DNA of 32,000 nucleotides from Methanothermobacter thermautotrophicus str. Delta H (GTDB lineage: Archaea > Methanobacteriota > Methanobacteria > Methanobacteriales > Methanothermobacteraceae), in the NCBI RefSeq assembly GCF_000008645.1, contig NC_000916.1, positions 1,170,001 through 1,202,000 of the forward strand, read 5' to 3'. The notes beneath the pieces were generated by a model. That model had not been told where the DNA came from, did no database searches, and saw only the letters and a list, made by a program, of their open reading frames with translations. This document shows, piece after piece, positions 24,692 through 30,941 of the stretch. How positions within the stretch are numbered: position 1 is the first letter of the stretch; every line of letters begins with the position of its first letter. A program made the position numbers and the translations under genes.

Positions 24692-25273
24692 ATGGAAGAA
24701 TACGCTATCATACTGGATTACCTTCCACTTGGTTACATGAGCGAAGGGTTCGGTACATTCAAGAAGAGGCCTGTTGCCCAGGCACTGGGTAAGGATGAGT
24801 TCACCCTCCTGGAGTTAACACCAAGACCGGACGTGGACCTTGAAATCCACGAGGAGGTCTACATCGGTAAGGGTAAAAGGGACAAGATCGCCCGTATAAA
24901 CAGGAGGCTCCGTCACAATGAACTCACAGCCACCGCCAGGGTTGAGCTGCCCTACGTCGTTGAGGAGATAATAAAATCAAATGAGGACCGGTTTGTAAAG
25001 TTCTTCAACGAGGCTGGACCCATAAGTACCAGGCTTCACCAGCTTGAACTTCTTCCAGGAATCGGTAAAAAGCACATGTGGGATATCCTCAAGGCCCGTG
25101 AGGAGAAGCCCTTTGAAAGTTTCGAGGACATAAAGAACAGGGTCCCCATGTTATCAGACCCTGTTAAACTCATCGTCAGGAGGGTCCTCATGGAACTGGA
25201 TGTTGAGGGCGCCAAACGGGGAAAACGTAAGTACAACATATTCACAAGACCGCCCCAGAAGAGGAGGGGCTGA
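24692..25273 (+). CDS. DUF655-family nucleic-acid-binding protein (OB fold + HhH)
   Basis: MEEYAIILDYLPLGY...FTLLELTPRP followed by an HhH-like LPGIGKKHMWDIL. It sits in the conserved rpl21e-rpoF-DUF655-rsmA neighbourhood. Confidence 0.7.
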   Translation: MEEYAIILDYLPLGYMSEGFGTFKKRPVAQALGKDEFTLLELTPRPDVDLEIHEEVYIGKGKRDKIARINRRLRHNELTATARVELPYVVEEIIKSNEDRFVKFFNEAGPISTRLHQLELLPGIGKKHMWDILKAREEKPFESFEDIKNRVPMLSDPVKLIVRRVLMELDVEGAKRGKRKYNIFTRPPQKRRG

Positions 25274-25303
25274 TCCTTCAATTTAAATTTAGAATCTATT
25301 TTT

Positions 25304-26125
25304 ATGTCAGGGCTCTACACCGAGACAAGGGAGGTGCTGAGGAAGTATGGTGTGAGGCTTAGAAGGAGCCTCGGCCAGAACTACCTCATAGATGAGGTCA
25401 AAAGGCAGCGCATACTTGAATACGCTGACCTCAGGGAAGATGACAGGGTCCTTGAGATAGGACCGGGTATAGGGACCCTCACACTTCCAATGGCAGAACT
25501 TGCTGGTCATGTCACCGCAATTGAGAGTGATCCCCTCATTGCAGCTATCCTGATGGACAGGCTTCAGGTGGATAACGTTGATGTGATAGTCGGTGATGCC
25601 CTCAGGGTTGATTTTCCAGAATTCAACAAGGTCGTATCCAACCTGCCCTACCAGATCTCCTCCCCCATAACCTTCAGGCTTCTGGAGCATGACTTTGAAC
25701 TCGCTGTTCTCATGTACCAGAAGGAATTTGCAAGGAGAATGGTTGCAGAGCCGGGTACAAGGGAGTACTCAAGACTGTCGGTCATGGTGCACTTCCTTGC
25801 AGAGGTTGAAATAGTTGACTACCTCAAACCGGGCTGTTTCTTCCCCCGTCCCAGGGTTGAATCTGCGGTTGTAACCCTTAAACCTACGGGTTTCAGGGCC
25901 CCGGCATTCCTAGAGGATGTATGCCGTGCACTCTTCCAGCACAGGAAGAAGAAAACCTCAAAATCCCTCAGAGAATCATTCCATGAAATAAGGACTGATC
26001 TGAGCTTTAATGAAGTTCTGAGGGGTCTTCCACCAGAAATACTGGAGAAGAGGGTCTTTCAGCTGAGACCAGAGGATATACTTGAAATAGCAGAGCATAT
26101 AGAGGATCTCTCAGGTTCTTCCTGA
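25304..26125 (+). CDS. rsmA: 16S rRNA (adenine-N6,N6)-dimethyltransferase RsmA/KsgA (Dim1)
   Basis: LGQNYLID, SAM motif VLEIGPGIGTLT and NLPYQISSP are all present. Confidence 0.9.
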   Translation: MSGLYTETREVLRKYGVRLRRSLGQNYLIDEVKRQRILEYADLREDDRVLEIGPGIGTLTLPMAELAGHVTAIESDPLIAAILMDRLQVDNVDVIVGDALRVDFPEFNKVVSNLPYQISSPITFRLLEHDFELAVLMYQKEFARRMVAEPGTREYSRLSVMVHFLAEVEIVDYLKPGCFFPRPRVESAVVTLKPTGFRAPAFLEDVCRALFQHRKKKTSKSLRESFHEIRTDLSFNEVLRGLPPEILEKRVFQLRPEDILEIAEHIEDLSGSS

Positions 26126-26190
26126 GCTGGGCCTTCATCAGCACATCCCTGAGAAAACTATAAGTATTATGTAAACTATTTTTTACATAG

Positions 26191-26628
26191 GTGATTGTTT
26201 TGATAATAGCAAGACCCCAGTGGTTCGGTAGAAGAAAGTACGGTGGCTGGGGAGTCTCAATAAAAACCTGGCAGGGCGCAGTATACCTTGCATGCGTATT
26301 CCTGCTGCTCGTCGGGATCCAGCTACTTCCCCTCAACACCACCACAAGGATGTATGTGACAGGTGCCTGGCTTGCATTCATGTTCCTGGACATGTTTGAT
26401 GTTATGTGGAAGGTGAAAAGGGATGAAAGGGAGTACCTCCATGAGGCCATAGCAGAAAGAAACGCCGCATGGGCCATGATGCCAGTGCTTGTAATTGGAG
26501 TGTTCATAGAACTCATCTCAAGTTCCCTGCAGGGAAAGCCCCACGTCGACCCCTTCATTTTACTTGCACTCCTTGCAGGTGTCCTTGCAAAATCCGTGAC
26601 AAACTACCGGCTGGAGAGGGAGAATTGA
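26191..26628 (+). CDS. Small integral membrane protein (DUF2178-like arrangement with a downstream XRE regulator)
   Basis: 145-aa ORF with about four hydrophobic helices. Its stop overlaps the TTG start of the HTH gene. The start is ambiguous (GTG 26191 or TTG 26200). Confidence 0.45.
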   Translation: MIVLIIARPQWFGRRKYGGWGVSIKTWQGAVYLACVFLLLVGIQLLPLNTTTRMYVTGAWLAFMFLDMFDVMWKVKRDEREYLHEAIAERNAAWAMMPVLVIGVFIELISSSLQGKPHVDPFILLALLAGVLAKSVTNYRLEREN

Positions 26629-26834
26629 GGACACTAATAAGGGAACACAGGAAGGAACTCGGATTAACCCAGGAGGAACTCGCAGAGAGGGTTGGGGTAA
26701 CAAGGCAGACCATAATAGCCCTTGAGAAGGGACGTTACAGCCCCTCCCTCATCCTTGCCCACAGGATCGCAAGGGCCCTGGGAAGGGAGCATATCGAGGA
26801 TATCTTCATCCTTGATGAGGACGGTGCAAAATGA
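26625..26834 (+). CDS. XRE-family helix-turn-helix transcriptional regulator (69 aa)
   Basis: (M)[52 protein letters not shown] is a classic Cro/C1 HTH. TTG 26625 is preceded by GGAGAGGGAG and overlaps the upstream TGA. The 5' part of the tracked ORF from 26469 merely overlaps the membrane gene. Confidence 0.8.
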   Translation: MRTLIREHRKELGLTQEELAERVGVTRQTIIALEKGRYSPSLILAHRIARALGREHIEDIFILDEDGAK

Positions 26835-27421
26835 AAATGATAAGATACGGTGAAATTAAAATAAAGACCTGCGAAAACGTCTATGAACCAGCAGAGGACA
26901 CCTTCCTCCTTGCAGATAACCTGGATGTCAGGGAGGGTGATCGTGTCCTTGAAATAGGTACAGGAACAGGACTTGTTGCCATAAGAGCATCAGAGAAGGG
27001 AGATGTGACTGCAACCGATGTGAATCCCGCCGCAGTTAAGTGCACGCAGGAGAATGCCATTATCAATGGAGTTGAACTCAGGGTCCTGCAGGGGGACCTC
27101 TTTGACCCGGTTGAGGGCGAAAAATTTGACGTCATCCTCTTCAACACACCCTACCTTCCAGCCACCGGGGATGATGCCACAGGGGATGTCCTGGACCTCG
27201 CCTGGAATGGGGGCCCCGACGGCAGGATGGTTATAGACAGGTTCCTTGATGAGGTCCCGGCACACCTGAAACCTGGGGGGAGGGTCCAGCTGGTGCAGTC
27301 CTCCCTCTCCGATACAGAGAAGACCCTCCAGAAACTGGCAGATATGGGCTTTGATGCGTCGGTTACTGCAAGTGAGAGGTACTTCTTTGAGGAGATAGTC
27401 CTGATAACAGCCATGATTTAA
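26831..27421 (+). CDS. HemK-related class I methyltransferase (PrmC/Mtq2-like N5-glutamine methyltransferase family)
   Basis: SAM motif [12 protein letters not shown] and catalytic FNTPYLP (NPPY-type). ATGA overlaps the upstream HTH gene. Confidence 0.75.
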   Translation: MKMIRYGEIKIKTCENVYEPAEDTFLLADNLDVREGDRVLEIGTGTGLVAIRASEKGDVTATDVNPAAVKCTQENAIINGVELRVLQGDLFDPVEGEKFDVILFNTPYLPATGDDATGDVLDLAWNGGPDGRMVIDRFLDEVPAHLKPGGRVQLVQSSLSDTEKTLQKLADMGFDASVTASERYFFEEIVLITAMI

Positions 27422-27461
27422 TAAAAAAATTTTATAACCACCACTGAGCTGGTGTGTCATG

Positions 27462-27477
27462 TTTTTCCAGTTTTTTT
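27462..27477 (+). terminator. Paired oligo-T tracts after the methyltransferase gene
   Basis: GTTTTTCCAGTTTTTTT lies about 40 nt downstream of the stop codon. Confidence 0.35.
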
Positions 27478-27508
27478 AATCGCCCATCGATTTATGGCGA
27501 GTCCCCCG

Positions 27509-27516
27509 TTTATATA
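27509..27516 (+). promoter_or_regulatory. Candidate TATA box (TTTATATA) for the C39-peptidase cassette; an alternative TAATATATAT sits at 27568-27577
   Basis: There is a consensus archaeal TATA about 90 nt upstream of ATG 27608. The second box would start transcription within a few nt of the ATG, giving a leaderless-type transcript. Confidence 0.3.
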
Positions 27517-27607
27517 CCTACTATGAAATTTTACTGTCGCCTCAAGTAATATGCTGTAGCTGATCCGTAATATATATGAGTTTTTTGTATAGAATTATTA
27601 TAAGTTA

Positions 27608-28567
27608 ATGGGAGTGTCCAAAGTGAGAGGTTTGTATATACTGTTGCTGGTCGTGCTCCTCCTCGCGGTGTCTGTTAACTCTTCAGCCGCTGCAGACAAC
27701 TGTACAGTCCTTGAAGCACAGGGGGATGATGTAGCGGGTGCACTGACCCATAATGTTACAGTGGATTCTGAGGGTGTGGTCCTCCAGACAAGGAACTACA
27801 CCTGCGGACCCGCAGCACTCGTCACCGTCCTCCAGAGACTCGGAGTGAACACCACAGAGGATGAACTCGCAGGCCTTGCCGGAACAACCGAGGACGGGAC
27901 CACCATGCAGGGCCTCCTGGAAGCCAGCAGGGCCAAGGGAGTGAACGCAACCGGCATGAAACTAAACATATCTGAACTCAAAGAAAACATGATCGCCTAT
28001 ACCATCAATGACGGCACCGGACACTACACCGTAATAAACGGAATCACCAATGACACGGTCAAACTCGCAGATCCAAGCCTCGGGAACATCGAAATGAATA
28101 TAGAAGAGTTCACTGAGATCTACAGCGGATATGCACTGGTTATAAATGATCCTAATAATCCAAGACAGGTCAACGGAACCACAGAACAAACAAATAATCA
28201 AACAGATCAAAGCAACGAGAACACCTCATCAGAAACCATAAATAACCTGACAGATACCACCTCTGATGTGCAGGCAGACAACAGAACTCTGACTGATGAG
28301 GAAATGCAGAACATTAAAGGTAAAAAATGGAGGCATAAACATTGGCATCCATGGAAGTGGCGGTGTTCTTATCATTGGCATGGTTGGTATCCTGTGCGTG
28401 TCCGTGCCTATTATGGATTCCATATAGTCTCTTATACAGCCCAAATGGTGCGCTGTGCTTGTACGCTGGATGCTGATGGCTTTGACTATTATTATGCTCG
28501 CTGTAAGACCTATGGTGATCGCTATATGGATTGGTATCGGCGCGTGGGATATAGGTATGCGGCATGA
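27608..28567 (+). CDS. Secreted C39-like cysteine peptidase fused to an N/T/Q-rich linker, a double-glycine-leader-like motif and a cationic Trp/Tyr/His-rich C-terminal module of about 80 aa (cassette 1)
   Basis: Sec-type signal (KVRGLYILLLVVLLLAVSVNSSAAA). The peptidase core has Q60-x5-C66 (LQTRNYTCGPAAL), H139 (GTGHYTVI) and D155 (KLADP). There are 13 N-x-S/T sequons in residues 1-239. The junction is LTDEEMQNIKGK (28289-28324). The tail is aa 240-319. An alternative start is GTG 27623 after GGGAGTG. Confidence 0.75.
   Translation: MGVSKVRGLYILLLVVLLLAVSVNSSAAADNCTVLEAQGDDVAGALTHNVTVDSEGVVLQTRNYTCGPAALVTVLQRLGVNTTEDELAGLAGTTEDGTTMQGLLEASRAKGVNATGMKLNISELKENMIAYTINDGTGHYTVINGITNDTVKLADPSLGNIEMNIEEFTEIYSGYALVINDPNNPRQVNGTTEQTNNQTDQSNENTSSETINNLTDTTSDVQADNRTLTDEEMQNIKGKKWRHKHWHPWKWRCSYHWHGWYPVRVRAYYGFHIVSYTAQMVRCACTLDADGFDYYYARCKTYGDRYMDWYRRVGYRYAA
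27999..28330 (+). repeat. Direct repeat copy A (3' half of the peptidase domain, the linker and the junction motif)
   Basis: By hand alignment to 29020..29348 I count 7 substitutions plus one 3-nt indel. Similarity ends abruptly just after GGTAAAAA. Confidence 0.9.
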
Positions 28568-28613
28568 AGAAATTAAGTGTGGAATATGAGTATCATTCGG
28601 AGGTATGTGAAAA

Positions 28614-28979
28614 ATGAAACGGGCATATGTCCTGCTAATTGGTTTGTCAATGCTTCTCATCTCCTTGATAGTACCATTCCCTCTAGCATTGTCCTTTGTT
28701 ATCCTGGCAGGATTATTTATCGCACATTTCAGTAAGATGGAAGAAAAAGAGGTTAACATGATTATAACAGCCACGGTATCTTTATTCATAGGATTACTGG
28801 GAGGATTACTTGGATCGATGATTCACCACAATATTTCATCAACCTGGACACTACTATCTGCTCATGGGGGACTCTTTTTAATAGCCTTAATTGGATACTT
28901 TTTCATGGTCCTAATACTGATGACATTAGGATCCATGATAGACAAGGTTATATCGAAAGCTAGATCAAAATCCCTTTGA
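28614..28979 (+). CDS. Small 4-TM membrane protein, candidate cognate immunity/protection protein of cassette 1
   Basis: 121-aa ORF with GGAGGT 9 nt upstream of the ATG. It has four hydrophobic helices and lies 46 nt downstream of the cassette-1 gene. I recognise no family. Confidence 0.65.
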   Translation: MKRAYVLLIGLSMLLISLIVPFPLALSFVILAGLFIAHFSKMEEKEVNMIITATVSLFIGLLGGLLGSMIHHNISSTWTLLSAHGGLFLIALIGYFFMVLILMTLGSMIDKVISKARSKSL

Positions 28980-29006
28980 GTTTCCGCAGACCCCACCACA
29001 ACATCA

Positions 29007-29576
29007 ATGACACCAGAAGATACCATCAATGACGGCACCGGACACTACACCGTAATAAACGGAATCACCAATGACACGGTCAAACTCGCAGATCCAAGCC
29101 TCGGGAACATCGAAATGAATATAGAAGAGTTCGCTGAGATCTACAGCGGATATGCACTGGTTATAAATGATCCCAATAATCCACAGGTCAACGGAACCAC
29201 AGAACAAACAAATAATCAAACAGATCAAAGCAACGAGAACACCTCATCAGAAACCATAAATAACCTGACAGATACCGCCTCTGCTGTGAAGGCAGACAAC
29301 AGAACTCTGACTGATGAGGAAATGAAGAACATTAAAGGTAAAAACTGGAAGTACAGGTTAAATCAAAGGTTAAAGAGACAGGGAAGATGGAAAAGAAATG
29401 CATGGTACAACCGAAGCTTTAACTGGTGGAGAGTCTACTATGGAGGTGCCTGGGTCTGTGTAGCACCAGGTTACACAAATCATCCCGTGGGTAAGCTTTT
29501 TGGTTTCTTAGGGACAGTTTATCTAGGCACCGTGGGAACAGCGCATCTTAACGAAGGGTGGTGGACATATACCTGA
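29007..29576 (+). CDS. N-terminally truncated paralog (orphan module). It has no signal peptide and no catalytic Cys, keeps the His/Asp half of the peptidase domain, the linker and the junction motif, and carries a different cationic Trp-rich tail (cassette 2)
   Basis: 189-aa ORF. Homology to cassette 1 begins at TINDGTGHYTV. The junction is LTDEEMKNIKGK (29307-29342). The tail NWKYRLNQRLKRQGRWKRNAWYNRSFNWWR...GKLFGFLGTVYLGTVGTAHLNEGWWTYT follows. No SD precedes ATG 29007, so independent expression is uncertain. Confidence 0.55.
   Translation: MTPEDTINDGTGHYTVINGITNDTVKLADPSLGNIEMNIEEFAEIYSGYALVINDPNNPQVNGTTEQTNNQTDQSNENTSSETINNLTDTASAVKADNRTLTDEEMKNIKGKNWKYRLNQRLKRQGRWKRNAWYNRSFNWWRVYYGGAWVCVAPGYTNHPVGKLFGFLGTVYLGTVGTAHLNEGWWTYT
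29020..29348 (+). repeat. Direct repeat copy B
   Basis: It pairs with 27999..28330 at an offset of 1,021 bp, in the same orientation. Confidence 0.9.
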
Positions 29577-29645
29577 CATTTAATTTTATTTTTATGAAAT
29601 AGGAGGAGTATCTAGGATATAAGTGAAAAACATGAAAAAATAATA

Positions 29646-29957
29646 ATGTTACTCCTGTCTGTAGTCTTTTTTGGGATTTTTTTATACATAGAATTTAATT
29701 TTTTCCAATACTCAGAGTTAAGATTGTTAATGTTCATGTTAATTGTACTAACTCTTTATGGATATGCCAGACTTCAAAGTATCTATGATACCCCCGCAAG
29801 AAGATTAAAACTTTTGTTTTACACAATAGTTCTGGCTTTATTATTTTATATAGTAATACTAACCCGGCAGCCAGCGTTACTAAGAAATACCATGACTATA
29901 GTGACTATAGCGGCGTTAATTCTACTTGCATTTGATAAAAAAGAGAAGGTGAAATAG
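29646..29957 (+). CDS. Small 4-TM membrane protein, candidate cognate immunity protein of cassette 2
   Basis: 103-aa ORF with four hydrophobic helices and very AT-rich coding sequence. It shows no similarity to the cassette-1 membrane protein. There is no SD at ATG 29646. An upstream ATG (29632) followed by A6 is out of frame by one base. Confidence 0.5.
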   Translation: MLLLSVVFFGIFLYIEFNFFQYSELRLLMFMLIVLTLYGYARLQSIYDTPARRLKLLFYTIVLALLFYIVILTRQPALLRNTMTIVTIAALILLAFDKKEKVK

Positions 29958-29959
29958 CC

Positions 29960-30410
29960 AACATAATAGTTATCGACAGATGAGACTAACCCTAACTAAA
30001 TGAAAGTGTTGAAGTTGCAGATCCAAGGAAAAAGATAGACAATTAACACCCCCACAATTTCCAAGAGATTTACAGGCTACACTACTGTAATCAACCAAGA
30101 AACAGATGACATTCCGGCCGTGGACAGCGCAGCTCAAACCAGCACTTAAAACAACCCTAACCAAAGAGAAAATGCAGAACATCAAGGGTAAAGGTGAAGG
30201 TTATTCCTTCAAGATCGAAGTTTTTTCACTCTTTGTCTTGGGTGTTTCCTTGGTCTTACATTCATCTTATACGTGACATTAAGAAGAGAGTTCCGAAAGC
30301 AGGAGACATCGGTTTGTTCATAGCAAACATCTCATGCTCTTTTAAGTATTCCGCAAACACATCTAATTGTCTGCTCTGCATGCTAGATTGGATATAGATA
30401 TGCAGCATAA
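29960..30410 (+). pseudogene. Decayed third copy of the peptidase 3' half, linker, junction and tail (cassette 3 remnant)
   Basis: The translation fragments NIIVIDR*D*P*LNESVEVADPRKKIDN*HPHNFQEIY align to HYTVINGITNDTVKLADPSLGNIEMNIEEFTEIY. A frameshifted GYTTVINQ aligns to GYALVIND. The junction LTKEKMQNIKGK is at 30157-30192. The 3' end GGATATAGATATGCAGCATAA (30390-30410) matches the cassette-1 3' end GGATATAGGTATGCGGCATGA (28547-28567) at 18/21 positions. Confidence 0.6.
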
Positions 30411-30468
30411 ACTTTTATGGGGTTCATTTTATTCCACATATATTAAAACTAGGCGTGGGTGAAGGAAG

Positions 30469-30660
30469 ATGCGGGTTTGTGTGTCATCCTGAACAGTCTT
30501 ACTTTCCTTAGGGGAGATATTTAATGTATTCCTTAGAGCTGTTTGATGCTCTTTCCCTTTGTGGCTTGTCATAGCCGGCTATTTTATTGCACGTTTCAGC
30601 GAAAAAATAGAAAAGACATGGTAATAGTGGCTATGGTATGTCTTTCACTGCATGAGTAGA
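30469..30660 (+). pseudogene. Decayed homolog of the cassette-1 4-TM protein gene
   Basis: ATGCGGG at 30469 parallels ATGAAACGGG at 28614. The fragment LVIAGYFIARFSEKIEKTW** followed by frameshifted DMVIVAMVCLSL aligns to FVILAGLFIAHFSKMEEKEVNMIITATVSLF. It is interrupted by stops and a frameshift. Confidence 0.5.
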
Positions 30661-30941
30661 TTACTCATAGCACTAATAATAAATATCCCCTCTTAAAAAG
30701 CTTTTCGAGACAAAAACCGCTGAAAAATTGAAGTGTTATTAAGATGCACAATATTATAACCCAACTTTAGGAAAGGAACCAGACATCACGGATGCTCTCA
30801 CATGGAACAGTGAGAGACGCATGTTACCCCGACCCAGAAATCAAACAATATTGGAGATCCCCAAGTGGATCCCCTGATAAAACCAGGCCCCTACCATTTT
30901 TCAAGGATTTGAAAAATGAATTATAGGACCTTTTAAACCGT

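Noticed and set aside
26469-26624. The 5' extension of the tracked 121-aa ORF containing the HTH domain
   Set aside because: This part overlaps the membrane-protein gene in another frame and has an Arg/Pro/Cys-rich nonsense-like sequence. TTG 26625, with an upstream GGAGAGGGAG, gives a normal 69-aa XRE protein.
28229-28789. 186-aa minus-strand ORF spanning tail 1 and the first 4-TM gene
   Set aside because: It crosses the intergenic spacer, lacks an SD, and its Ile/His/Pro-rich sequence is the reverse-frame image of the Trp/Tyr/Met-rich plus-strand genes. The plus-strand genes have a signal peptide or SD and coherent domain structure.
29970-30397. ORFs 29970..30185 (-) and 30194..30397 (+)
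   Set aside because: Both fall inside the decayed third cassette. The plus-strand ORF is just the longest surviving open stretch of the degraded tail region and ends at the fossil stop context. Neither looks like an independent gene.
30795-30816. 7-bp hairpin CTCTCAC-N8-GTGAGAG in the island's non-coding tail
   Set aside because: It is an isolated short hairpin with no flanking T-tract or partner repeat, which is within chance expectation for 500 bp of non-coding DNA.
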